A stretch of DNA of 64,000 bases from Macrostomum lignano. Lineage: Eukaryota. Within the stretch, counting starts at the first letter, position 1, and every line of letters begins with the position of its first letter. The position numbers were made by a program, and so were the translations under genes. Of the stretch, positions 24,896-36,796 are shown in pieces. Under the pieces are notes generated by a model, which saw only the letters and a list, made by a program, of their open reading frames with translations, made no database searches and was not told the origin of the DNA. Where the stretch lies: NCBI GenBank assembly GCA_002269645.1, contig NIVC01001730.1, positions 62,001-126,000 of the forward strand. Direction: 5' to 3'.

Positions 24896-26856
24896 TCACG
24901 AAACCACAATGGCTCCTTCATCAGCCTGTCTGACCAGCCGTCTGTACTTCGCCAACACGGAGGTGCGAGATCCTCCCGGTGGGTTCGCTTTCGCCTCGGC
25001 CGAAGCCTCCGCAGCCACCGTAGCCGCCTCGGACAGTCGGGCGGCCAGTTCGGACTCGGCCAGTCGGACATTAATTTGTCGGCCGGGACCGTCGATTTCA
25101 ATTTGATCGCCGGTACGAAGCGCGCCGATTGGCCCGCCGACAGCTGACTCTGGGGTCACGTGACCAACTACAAAACCCTTCGTGGCGCCAGAGAAGCGGC
25201 CGTCCGTGATCAGAGCTACGCGGCCAGACAGGCCCCGGCCCTGGAAAATTTTGAGGGAGGGTTATTTAGGCGTGCGTAATTAGGGGAGAGAGGCTTATTC
25301 GGGTGTGCGTACATTGGGGGAGAGGCTTATTCGGGCGTGCGTACATTGGGGGAGAGGCTTATTCGGGCGTGCGTACATTGGGGGAGAGGCTTATTCGGGC
25401 GTGCGTACATTGGGGGGAGAGAGGCTTATTCGGGCGCGCGTACATTGGGGGAGAGAGGCTTATTCGCGTGTGCGTAGATTGGGGGGAGAGAGGCTTATTC
25501 GGGTGTGCGTACATTGGGGGGAGAGAGGCTTATTCGTGTGTGCGTAGATTGGGGGGGAGAGAGGCTTATTCGGGCGTGCGTACATTGTGGCTAAGAGTGG
25601 CCTGCTTAGGCTTCTCTTGCTTTTATTATAGAACCAATAAATTAGGGTTGCTGAAAGCTTTAAAGGGTTGATTTAAAATGTCGTTATTGGGCGGTTTGGC
25701 GATGTACATGTACATCCTAGAGTACATGTACAGACACGGTTATGCTAGCATAGAGATTTATTAGTAATTTTTACTTGAATAGCAGCTGTCACGGCCAGCA
25801 TCTCCCGCATGCCGGGCCCTCCGACCGGTCCCTCGTTACGCACAACAACAACGTGGCCAGGTTGGACTTGTCCGCGAGAGACGCCGACATAGGCGGCCTC
25901 CTCATTTTCATACACGATAGCCGGGCCGGAGAAGCTGTCGCCCTCGTCGCCGATAAGTTTGCCAACGGCGCCGTTCGGGCAGAGACTGCCGCGGAAGATT
26001 ATCAGATGACCGGTAGCTTTAATCGGATCGGCTGTTAGAAAGCAAGGTTAAAGATAGATCACGATTGGTTGGCGTGCATTACTGAGGGTAGAAAGTTTAA
26101 AGAATGAGTGTGGAGAGCGCTGATTGGCTGGTGCGGTTCAGCAGGGATAGAAAATGTGGGATGAGTGCGGAGAGTGCTGATTGGCTGGCGGGGTTAACCA
26201 GGGATAGAAATGTTAAATGAGTGCGTAGAGCGCTGATTGGCTGGATATCTCACACATTGGCCGAATAACCTTCTGCCCTGCTGGATAATCCTCCACTCCT
26301 TTCAGATCCTCGGCAAGTGTCCGGCCGGTGCAGGTGACGGCCGAGCCGTGCAGCAGGCCGGCTGACAGCATGCGGCGGAGCAGCGGCCGAAGCCCGCCAG
26401 CCTCGTGCAGGTCGGCTATGGCGTGGCAGCCGCTGGGGAACAGGTCAGCCAGCACGGGGGTTCGCTGGAACACCGATTGGAGTTCGTCCAGGCCAAAGTC
26501 AGCCAGGCCGGCCTCCCTGGCGATGGCTACCAGATGCAGGCAGGCGTTGGTGGAGCCGCCCAGCGCGGAAACCACGGCGGCCGCATTCTCCAGCGCCTGT
26601 CTCGTGACAATGTCGCGCGGCCGAATCCCGCACCGCATCATGTTGGCTAGCGCGGCGCCAACCAGATGGCGCGCCTGGCGCCGTTTCTCTTCACTGACGG
26701 CCGGCGGCGAGGCGTCGCCGGGCAGAGCGAGGCCCATAGCCTCCAGGGCGCAGGACATTGTGTTGGCGGTGTACATGCCCGCGCAGGAGCCCGGCCCCGG
26801 GATGGCGCACTCCTCAATGTCCGACAGCTCCTGCCGCGGTGGGGGTGGGACGAATA

Positions 26857-26927
<71 letters not shown>

Positions 26928-27540
26928 TAGACATACAGGCAGACAGGCAGACACGTGGACAGACAGTCCGATCGCCAACCTTGTCGCTGACGCTGCCTTT
27001 GTGGTAGCCGCCGATGGCCTCATAGACGGTGCGGATGTCCACCTTGTCGCCCTTCGGGCCGCAGCCGGGCAGGATGCTGCCACCGTAGACAAACAGGGCG
27101 GGCCGGTTGATCCGCAACATGGCCATGGCCATGCCTGGCATGTTCTTGTCGCAGGCGCCCAGGCAGACCAGGCCGTCAAAGCCTTCGGCCAGCGTCACCG
27201 TCTCGATGGAGTCGGCGATGACCTCGCGGCTGATCAGCGACAGCCGCATGCCAGGCGTGCCCATGCTGATGCCGTCGCTGACCGTGACGGTGTTGAAGTG
27301 CATCGGCACCAGCCCGGCCTCGCGGACCGATTCACCCGCCAGGTCCTGCAGCTCGCGCAGATTCAAATTGCACGGAGTGACGGTGGCCCAGCAGGACACC
27401 ACGCCAACCTGCGGCCGGGAAAAATCGGCGCTTTTCAATCCGACGCCGCGTAGCATCGAGCGGGCGCCAGCGCGGTCGGGGCCATCGACGACTAGCGCAG
27501 AGTGCGGGCGGGGCAGCGCGGCAGCGGAGTCGGAGGACAT
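24896..27540 (-). CDS. ilvD: Dihydroxy-acid dehydratase (IlvD/Edd family, [2Fe-2S] type), 579 aa; exons 27540-26980, 26830-26254, 26031-25775, 25240-24896
   Basis: Spliced frame is continuous (561+577+257+345 = 1740 nt). Motifs [44 protein letters not shown] and TDGRFSGAT are all intact; GT-AG introns. Confidence 0.95.
25283..25590. repeat. 32-37-bp array GGGGAGAGGCTTATTCGGGCGTGCGTACATTG in ilvD intron 3
   Basis: Direct reading, ~9 copies. Confidence 0.92.
26055..26245. repeat. ~60-bp degenerate repeat (x3-4, CTGATTGGCTGG core) in ilvD intron 2
   Basis: GATTGG(C/T)TGG...GATAGAAA...ATGAGTG recurs. Confidence 0.75.
26858..26970. repeat. (CAGA)n microsatellite in ilvD intron 1
   Basis: Direct reading. 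Confidence 0.95.
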
Positions 27541-27715
27541 GGCGGTCTGGACGGAAGTGTTTCATTTCTTCGAGGTACTTTTAGCTCGACGCAAATCATC
27601 GGTTTATCGGCAAAGTAATTGCTTTAACTAATCAATTCTGGCACTGCATCCCTTGATCCCTTGACCCCTCGCAGGAGGGCTGCGAGCACGAGCTGTCGCA
27701 ACTCCTTCGGCGCAC

Positions 27716-28016
27716 ACCCATTGTCAGCTATTCAGGTAGCGCCATACCCTTTGTCAGCTGTTCAGGTAGCGCCATACCCTTTGTCAGCTGTTCAGGTAGC
27801 GCCATACCCATTGTCAGCTGTTCAGGTAGCGCCACACCCATTGTCAGCTATTCGGGTAGCGTCATACCCTTTGTCAGCTGTTCAGGTAGCGCCACACCCA
27901 TTGTCAGCTGTTCAGGTAGCGCCACACCCATTGTCAGCTGTTCAGGTAGCGCTACACCCATTGTCAGCTGTTCAGGTAGCGCCATACCCATTGTCAGCTG
28001 TTCAGGTAGCGCCACC
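27716..28016. repeat. 30-bp array TTGTCAGCTGTTCAGGTAGCGCCATACCCA, ~10 copies, between UQCRQ and ilvD
   Basis: Direct reading. Confidence 0.95.
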
Positions 28017-28586
28017 GCCCCTCGTTGAATTATTTTGCATGCCCAACAGGGGTCTCTGTTAACAAAGCAAAATACAGATTGTCTTGACAGATAAAACTTA
28101 CCGTTAGAACGGATTGGACTATCTGAGTAAACAGCTGGTAGATAAAATAAGCAGCTCCAATAAAGTTATGGACTATCTCATATATATGCTGAATAGGTGC
28201 AGGCTAACACACACGGACGCACCTGGCGAATTCTCTGCGCATAGTAACACGTTTCAAGAGCCCACTTGAAATGCGCGCATAAACAAAAGCTTGGGCATTG
28301 CATGCCTTACGGCAGAAATAAGACAGGCGTAAGACGAAAACTTGAAATGATGTAATATTTATTACTATCTAGTTGATTAATTATTTTAAACTTTCATTCT
28401 ATTTCTGAGCAACAGAAGAGAGGCGATGTTACACGGAGTTGATAGAGAGGGTGGGGCGGTTTAGTAGATCTACCTACTTAAACACTACTGATCTAACTAC
28501 TCGCAAGATGCTACTTTCCCAGTAGTAGAATTGGGCTTCGCGTGTAATATAGTTTGGGTTAATTAAAAATATTAATTAGCAGTTTC

Positions 28587-28859
28587 TCATAGCTCGCCAT
28601 TCTGAGCAGCCTCCTGCTCAAAGAAGGCCGGGTCCTTTCGCTTAGTTTTCTCGTTGGCCTCCTTGCCCCAGGTGATGATCAGGTAGGCGCCAGCGAATGG
28701 CGGCACAACGCGAAAGAATTCTTCGCTGACCCGGCGCAACGCATTCCAGGGAGCCTTGGTGAGCAGGCCGCGGAACGGGTGCAGCTCGTTCGGCGACACC
28801 GAATAGTAGATGATGCCCCGAACATAGGCCATGCCCTGGCCCAGGCCTTTGTGCACCAT
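28587..28859 (-). CDS. UQCRQ: Cytochrome b-c1 complex subunit 8 (QCR8), 90 aa, intronless CDS
   Basis: MVHKGLG...YYSVSPNELHPF...LRRVSEEFFRVVPPF...YLIITWG...KRKDPAFFE has the size and motif pattern of UQCRQ. Confidence 0.9.
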   Translation of the reverse strand: MVHKGLGQGMAYVRGIIYYSVSPNELHPFRGLLTKAPWNALRRVSEEFFRVVPPFAGAYLIITWGKEANEKTKRKDPAFFEQEAAQNGEL

Positions 28860-28965
28860 CGTTTGCTTTGTCTTTCTTAGAAATCTGACTGCGCGAGATT
28901 GGCTGCCAATGCAGCGAGACCGAGTTGCATGCATTGAGTATTCAATATTGATTGAAATTTCTCCC

Positions 28966-30535
28966 AAACTCGCTACCTAAAACCCTACCCCAAAGTCGCT
29001 ACCTAAAACCCTACACCAAAGTCGCTACCTAAAACCCTACCCCAAAGTCGCTAACTAAAACCCTACCCCAAAGTCGCTGCCTAAAACCCTACCCCAAACA
29101 ACTACCTAAAACCCTACCCCAAACTCGCTACCTAAAACCCTACCCTAAACTCGCTACCTAAAACCCTACCCCAAACTCGCTACCTAAAACCCTACCCCAA
29201 ACAACTACCTAAAACCCTACCCCAAACTCGCTACCTAAAACCCTACCCCAAACTCGCTACCTAAAACCCTACCCCAAACTCGCTACCTAAAACCCTACCC
29301 CAAAGTCGCTAACTAAAACCCTACCCCAAAGTCGCTGCCTAAAACCCTACCCCAAACAACTACCTAAAACCCTACCCCAAACTCGCTACCTAAAACCCTA
29401 CCCTAAACTCGCTACCTAAAACCCTACCCCAAAGTCGCTACCTAAAACCCTACCCCAAAGTCGCTACCTAAAACCCTACCCCAAACAACTACCTAAAACC
29501 CTACCCCAAACTCGCTACCTAAAACCCTACCCCAAAGTCGCTAACTAAAACCCTACCCCAAAGTCGCTGCCTAAAACCCTACCCCAAACAACTACCTAAA
29601 ACCCAACCCCAAACTCGCTACCTAAAACCCTACCCCAAACTCGCTACCTAAAACCCTACCCCAAAGTCGCTACCTAAAACCCTACCCCAAAGTCGCTACC
29701 TAAAACCCTACCCCAAACTCGCTACCTAAAACCCTACCCCAAACTCGCTACCTAAAACCCTACCCCAAAGTCGCTACCTAAAACCCTACCCCAAAGTCGC
29801 TAACTAAAACTCTACCCCAAACTCGCTACCTAAAACCCTACCCCAAAGTCGCTACCTAAAACCCTACCCCAAACTCGCTACCTAAAACCCTACCCCAAAC
29901 TCGCTACCTAAAACCCTACCCCAAACTCGCTACCTAAAACTCTACCCCAAACTCGCTACCTAAAACTCTACCCCAAACTCGCTACCTAAAACCCTACCCC
30001 AAACTCGCTACCTAAAACTCTACCCCAAACTCGCTACCTAAAACTCTACCCCAAACTCGCTACCTAAAACTCTACCCCAAACTCGCTACCTAAAACTCTA
30101 CCCCAAACTCGCTACCTAAAACCCTACCCCAAACTCGCTACCTAAAACTCTACCCCAAACTCGCTACCTAAAACTCTACCCCAAACTCGCTACCTAAAAC
30201 CCTACCCCAAACTCGCTACCTAAAACCCTATACCAAACTCGCTACCTAAAACCCTATACCAAACTCGCTACCTAAAACCCTATACCAAACTCGCTACCTA
30301 AAACCCTATACCAAACTCGCTACCTAAAACCCTATACCAAACTCGCTACCTAAAACTCTACCCCAAACTCGCTACCTAAAACCCTATACCAAACTCGCTA
30401 CCTAAAACTCTACCCCAAACTCGCTACCTAAAACCCTATACCAAACTTCGCTACCAAAAACCCTACCCCAAACTCGCTACCTAAAACGCTACCCCAAACT
30501 CGCTACCTAAAACCCTATACCAAACTCGCTACCCA
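28966..30535. repeat. 26-bp array AAACTCGCTACCTAAAACCCTACCCC, ~60 copies, G-rich on the minus strand
   Basis: Direct reading. Confidence 0.96.
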
Positions 30536-31146
30536 GTACTAAACTTACAATTTCTTAAAAAAGTAACTAATTCAATTCCACTATCATAATTATACTTAAT
30601 AAATGAAAAGAATAAAATGCATCAAACAAGCAATTCCGAAAATATGGACGGAATTTCATCTTATATTCTTAAAAAATAAAAAAATTAGCAACAGACACAG
30701 TAGCAGCAGCAGTGGATACTAATAATAGTATTACAGTAGTATACTATTACAAATATGCAGCAAATCTATAATTCAGCTGACAGAAAAACATGCACTATAC
30801 TACTTACATGTACTATCCGCATTTACAATACACATGTATGGATAGGAAAACACTAATTTAAATAGATAAAAATTGCAGTAGATAGCGCCAATGCACACAG
30901 GAATGTTAAGGACTCACTTGGGAGTACAAAAACAGCATACGAGGCTAGTAAAAATAGTAACACAGATCAATTTCGGACGGATTATTTTCATTTACTCAAG
31001 AAAACAAAACGAGTCAACCTACTAAGCGCTAGTAGTCAATAAAGAAAATTAATCGAAAAATTGGTACTTCAAAAGACATTAGCTTTAAAAAACTTGATGG
31101 AAAGGCAATTAAATAAACTGTAAAAAGTCTTTTAAAATCTTCAGCC

Positions 31147-34100
31147 TCACTGTTTCACATTCAACAGCAGTTGATTTCGCGCATTGACAAGAATTTTAAA
31201 AGCCTCTTCGCTGCCAGGAGCGACGCTTTTGTCCGGGTGCAGCAGCACGGCCAGGCGGCGGTACGCCTTGTTGATGTCCTCTCTGCGGGGCGCGGCGGGT
31301 CCACTGCCGGTTAGGGACTGGCGGGACTGGGGTAGGGACTGGCGGGACTGGGGTAGGGACTGGCGGGACTGGGGTAGGGACTGGCGGGACTGTGGTAGGG
31401 ACTGGCCAGACTGGGGTAGGGACTAACGGGACTGGGGTAGGGACTGGCGGGACTGGGGTAGGGACTGGCCAGACTGGGGTAGGGACTGGCAGGACTGGGG
31501 TAGGGACTGGCGGGACTGTGGTAGGGACTGGCCAGACTGGGGTAGGGACTAACGGGACTGGGGTAGGGACTGGCGGGACTGGGGTAGGGACTGGCCAGAC
31601 TGGGGTAGGGACTAACGGGACTGGGGTAGGGACTGGCGGGACTGGGGTAGGGACTGGCCAGACTGGGGTAGGGACTGGCGGGACTGGGGTAGGGATAATA
31701 ATGGCGGGACTGAGGGATGAGAATGGGGAGACTGAACAATGAGCATGGTAGCAGATCAGGAACTCACTTAGTGCAATTCTGAGCGATGCCCAGTCTCTCG
31801 TAGTTGTCTCTGCCACTCTTCAGCTTCTTAATAGCTTCAATCTGTTCGGTGTTGTAGCCCAGCTGCACAGGAATCGGCTGCGGCTTCTTGCCGGAGATCA
31901 CGGCCTCCACGACACCGTCGAATAGGCATTTGAACATCTCGCTGACCCCGTCGCCATTCAGAGCCGAGGTCTCAAAGTACGGATAGCCGCGCGCATCTGA
32001 CCACAGGCGACCTTCGAGTTCGTCAACAACTCGCGCCTGCTTCTTGTCCACCTGCCAGATTGAAAATTTAATGTGTATATACTGCCTGAGGATGAGATAG
32101 TCAGGCCCGCTGGACACCTTGTGCGTGTGCTGATGGATAAGCGAAACGGACAAAGGCTACTTGCCTACTCGCTACCTGCGCATCGACTGGCGCCTCTCCT
32201 CTCCCCCTTCTCCTCTTCCTCTCCCCACCTCTTCTCTTCCCATTCCTCTCCTCAGTCACATCTACTCTTCTCTCTCCCTCGTCAACCCTCTCTCCTACTC
32301 TTCTCTTCCTTTCCTCTTCTCCCCCTCTCTTCTCCTCTTCCCCTCCTCTCTTCTCCTCTTCCCCTCCTCTCTTCTCCTCTTCAACTCCTCTCTTCTCCTC
32401 TCTTCTCCTCTTCCCCTCCTCTTCCCCTCCTCTCTTCTCCTCTTCAACTCCTCTCTTCTCCTCTTCCCCTCCTCTCTTCTCCTCTTCAACTCCTCTCTTC
32501 TCCTCTCTTCTCCTCTTCCCCTCCTCTCTTCTCCTCTTCCCCTCCTCTCTTCTCCTCTTCCCCTCCTCTCTTCTCCTCTTCCCCTCCTCTCTTCTCCTCT
32601 TCAACTCCTCTCTTCTCCTCTCTTCTCCTCTTCCCCTCCTCTCTTCTCCTCTTCCCCTCCTCTTCCCCTCCTCTTCCCCTCCTCTCTTCTCCTCTTCAAC
32701 TCCTCTCTTCTCCTCTTCCCCTCCTCTCTTCTCCTCTTCAACTCCTCTCTTCTCCTCTTCCCCTCCTCTCTTCTCCTCTTCCCCTCCTCTCTTCTCCTCT
32801 TCCCCTCCTCTCTTCTCCTCTTCCCCTCCTCTCTTCTCCTCTTCAACTCCTCTCTTCTCCTCTTCCTCCTCTCTTCTCCTCTTCCCCTCCTCTCTTCTCT
32901 CTTCCCCTCCTCTCTTCTTCTCTTCCCTCCTCTCTTCTTCTCTTCCCCTCCTCTCTTCTTCTCTTCCCCTCCTCTCTTCTTCTCTTCCCCTCCTCTCTTC
33001 TTCTCTTCCCCTCCTCTCTTCTTCTCTTCCCCTCCTCTCTTCTTCTCTTCCCCTCCTCTCTTCTTCTCTTCCCCTCCTATCCTATACTCTCCTCTCTTTT
33101 CCTACTCTCCCATCATCTCATCCTCTCCTTTTTATCTCTTCTCTTCTCAGCCTCATTTCCACTGTCACCCACATTTAACAAACAATATTTCTAAGTGATA
33201 TTCAAACCTTATTGGCGCAGACTATAAAATACGCGGAGTCGAACTCGGCAATATGCTTGGCGCCCAGTTCAGATTTCATCTCCTTGATCCAGGCGTCTAA
33301 GGATTCAAAGCTGGCCCGGTTGGTGACGTCATAGACTAGCATGACGCCTTGGACGTCGCGGTAAAACTCGTTGCGGACCTCGTAGAACACGGGATGGCCA
33401 GCGAAGTCGAAGATGTTCACTTTGACGTCGCGGTCGCCCACTGTCACTCTGGGGAGACGAGGAGAGCACCAGGGTTACTGAGGATCTGGGAGGCTGGCCC
33501 AGCAACTAAGGATCTGGGAGGCTGCCCTAGCAACTGGGGATCTGGGAGGCTGGCCCAGCAACTGAGGATCTGGGAGGCTGCCCTAGCAACTGGGGATTTG
33601 GGAGGCTGGCCTAGCAACTGGGGATTTGGGAGGCTGGTACAGCAACTGAGGATCTGGGAGGCTGGCCCAGCAACTGGGGATTTGGGAAGGTGGTCTAGCA
33701 ACTAAGGATCTTGGAAGCTGGCCCATCAACTATGGATCTGGGAAGGTGGCCCAGCAACTAAGGATCTGGGAGGCTGCCCTAGCAACTGGGGATCTGGGAG
33801 GCTGGTACAGCAACTGAGGATCTGGGAGGCTGCCCTAGCAACTGGGGATCTGGGAGGCTGGTACAGCAACTGAGGATCTGGGAGGCTGGTTCAGTAACTG
33901 AGGATCTGGGAGGCTGGTACAGCAACTGAGGATCTGGGAGGCTGGCACAGCAACTGAGGATCTGGGAGGCTGGTACAGCAACTGAGGATCTGGGAGGCTG
34001 GCACAGCAACTGAGGATCTGGGAGGCTGGCCCAGCAAAATCTGAGCTTCATAATAAACGGTTGCAAAGTTCATAACGTACTTAGTAACGCCAAAGTCGAT

Positions 34101-34348
34101 GCCGATGGTCATCAAGTACTTTTGTACGAATCGTTTCTCGCAGTAGCGCTTAATAATGCAGCTCTGTTTTAAAAGAAAGAAACAACAGTTAAATGATTGC
34201 TTTTTGCAATATTCACAGCGAAAAATAGTCAAATTATTATTTAAAAGTACACACGCAGACACTAGCTCACCTTGCCGGTATCCGAGTTGCCCATGCTAAT
34301 GATTTTGATGCGAAACACCTTTGCGGGATCATTTTTGTCTAAAGTCAT
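31147..34348 (-). CDS. DNAJC27: Rab-and-DnaJ-domain protein (RBJ), 273 aa; exons 34348-34271, 34163-34081, 33448-33208, 32051-31768, 31282-31147
   Basis: G1 GNSDTGKS, G2 TIGIDFG, G3 DFAGH, G4 NKVD, G5 ETSA; J-domain with HPD (LLHPDK). Exon lengths sum to 822 nt with consistent phases. Confidence 0.95.
31312..31696. repeat. 21-bp G-rich array GGGACTGGCGGGACTGGGGTA, ~18 copies, DNAJC27 intron 4
   Basis: Direct reading. Confidence 0.95.
32190..33085. repeat. Pyrimidine-rich ~21-bp array CTTCTCCTCTTCCCCTCCTCT, DNAJC27 intron 3
   Basis: Direct reading. Confidence 0.93.
33476..34037. repeat. 28-bp array GATCTGGGAGGCTGGCCCAGCAACTGAG, ~20 copies, DNAJC27 intron 2
   Basis: Direct reading. Confidence 0.93.
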
Positions 34349-34564
34349 TTTTTATTATAATTTTAATCTGACAAAAGTTGAAGCCGAATAGGTCTCTGAA
34401 ATATTTATTTGGAATGGAGAGATTGTGAGATTTTTAAGCAGAATTTTATTCAGTGTCTAATGCTACAGTATGTTTATAACATAAGCTGCGCTACCTATGT
34501 ATTATATCATGATGTTATGTTTATGACTAGCGATCTGGAAATCATAGAGGAAAGACATGGGACG

Positions 34565-35862
34565 ACCCACCTCAGGATCTGAGGGTAGCGGAAGAGAACC
34601 ACCTCAGGATCTGAGGGTAGTGGAAGAGAACCACCTCAGGATCTGAGGGTAGTGGAAGAGAACCACCTCAGGATCTGAGGGTAGCGGAAGAGAACCACCT
34701 CAGGATCTGAGGGTAGCGGAAGAGAACCACCTCAGGATCTGAGGGTAGTGGAAGAGAACCACCTCAGGATCTGAGGGTAGTGGAAGAGAACCACCTCAGG
34801 ATCTGAGGGTAGCGGAAGAGAACCACCTCAGGATCTGAGGGTAGCGGAAGAGAACCACCTCAGGATCTGAGGGTAGCGGAAGAGAACCACCTCAGGATCT
34901 GAGGGTAGCGGAAGAGAACCACCTCAGGATCTGAGGGTAGTGGAAGAGAACCACCTCAGGATCTGAGGGTAGCGGAAGAGAACCACCTCAGGATCTGAGG
35001 GTAGCGGAAGAGAACCGCCTGAGGATCTGAGGGTAGCGGAAGAGAACCACCTCAGGATCTGAGGGTAGCGGAAGAGAACCACCTCAGGATCTGAGGGTAG
35101 TGGAAGAGAACCACCTCAGGATCTGAGGGTAGCGGAAGAGAACCACCTCAGGATCTGAGGGTAGCGGAAGAGAACCGCCTGAGGATCTGAGGGTAGCGGA
35201 AGAGAACCGCCTGAGGATCTGAGGGTAGCGGAAGAGAACCGCCTGAGGATCTGAGGGTAGCGGAAGAGAACCGCCTGAGGATCTGAGGGTAGCGGAAGAG
35301 AACCGCCTGAGGATCTGAGGGTAGCGGAAGAGAACCGCCTGAGGATCTGAGGGTAGCGGAAGAGAACCGCCTGAGGATCTGAGGGTAGCGGAAGAGACAC
35401 GCCAGAGGATCTGAGGGTAGCGGAAGAGAACCGCCTGAGGATCTGAGGGTAGCGGAAGAGAACCGCCTGAGGATCTGAGGGTAGCGGAAGAGACACGCCA
35501 GAGGATCTGAGGGTAGCGGAAGAGAACCGCCTGAGGATCTGAGGGTAGCGGAAGAGAACCGCCTGAGGATCTGAGGGTAGCGGAAGAGAACCGCCTGAGG
35601 ATCTGAAGGTAGCGGAAGAGAACCGCCTGAGGATCTGAAGGTAGCGGAAGAGAACCGCCTGAGGATCTGAAGGTAGCGGAAGAGAACCGCCTGAGGATCT
35701 GAGGGTAGCGGAAGAGACACGCCAGAGGATCTGAGGGTAGCGGAAGAGACACGCCAGAGGATCTGAGGGTAGCGGAAGAGACACGCCAGAGGATCTGAGG
35801 GTAGCGGAAGAGACACGCCAGAGGATCTGAGGGTAGCGGAAGAGACACGCCAGAGGATCTGC
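34565..35862. repeat. 32-bp array CAGGATCTGAGGGTAGCGGAAGAGAACCACCT, ~40 copies, between FKBP12 and DNAJC27
   Basis: Direct reading; period 32 (34568, 34600). Confidence 0.96.
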
Positions 35863-36386
35863 ACTATAGATTAACTGCAATATATATATTAAAACAATAC
35901 AATACTTATATTTAGCACACGTAGAATGCAACAACAGATTTTATTTCAATTTCAGATGGTTGGTAAACATTCGAAAAGAAGCACAATTAACACTAGGGAA
36001 CTTGGTAACAGTGAACAACAAAGTAACAGGGTAATTATTTGTACTCTATAAAAAGAAAAAATGGTTTGTCAATTTCTGGGTTTGGATTGTAATATAGAAT
36101 TGCAATAAACTACGGAAAGCTGTCATAATGTTGAATTTATTACTACACAATTAGCATAATTCGGTCATTAATAATAATATCTTGAAACCGGGTTTTAATT
36201 ACTATTTGCTCGAATATTTTACTACTCACGGTGAGTAGACTAATAAGACTGTGTTGACAAAATTTGTTTTAAAAAATTTGAACATTTAAACTTTAACATA
36301 CACACTACAGCAATAAAAGGGGCTAAGCAGAAAAAAAGTTATTAGACAACAGCTAACAGACAAGCAGGTACCGATCGGGTCTCAAT

Positions 36387-36713
36387 TCACTTGTAGTTGA
36401 TCAGCTCAACCTCAAACACGAGGGTGGAGTTGGGCGGAATCACGGGCGGATAGCCCCTAGCTCCGTAGGCGAAGTCCGGTGTGCAGGTGAGCTTAGCAAC
36501 TTCGCCTTTGCTCATCTGGGCGACGCCCTCGTCCCAGCCTTTGATGACTTCGCCAGCGCCGAGTCTGAATTGGAATGGCTTGCCGCGGTCGCGGCTGGAG
36601 TCGAACTTGTTGCCATTGGTCAGGGTGCCAACGTAGTGCACTGTGACCGTGCAGCCTTTCGGCGGATAGGAGCAGTTGTCGCCCTGCTTGATGGTTTCTA
36701 CTTTGACGCCCAT
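36387..36713 (-). CDS. FKBP1A: FKBP12-type peptidyl-prolyl isomerase, 108 aa, intronless CDS
   Basis: MGVKVETI...VTVHYVGTL...[31 protein letters not shown]...[24 protein letters not shown]. Confidence 0.97.
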   Translation of the reverse strand: MGVKVETIKQGDNCSYPPKGCTVTVHYVGTLTNGNKFDSSRDRGKPFQFRLGAGEVIKGWDEGVAQMSKGEVAKLTCTPDFAYGARGYPPVIPPNSTLVFEVELINYK

Positions 36714-36796
36714 TGTGCTTTATAGGTTTGTTGTTGTCTGGTAACTGGGAGAGACACTTACAGCAGCAATGTTGAATTTCGTGGTGATAAACTCAG

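Noticed and set aside
24896-27540. ilvD as bacterial contamination or chimeric assembly
   Set aside because: Three spliceosomal introns with host-type arrays, and contiguity with UQCRQ and Dbx, argue for genuine integration.
33380-33420. G3 motif DFAGH lacking the catalytic Gln in DNAJC27
   Set aside because: His at this position is a known family feature of RBJ proteins, not novel.
1201-35862. CRISPR-like reading of the 28-41-bp arrays
   Set aside because: Units are head-to-tail with no unique spacers, there are no cas genes, and the context is eukaryotic.
36223-36237. Palindrome TACTCAC-G-GTGAGTA giving donor-like GTGAGT on both strands in the FKBP12 3' region
   Set aside because: Only 7-bp arms, which is plausible by chance; no evidence of use.
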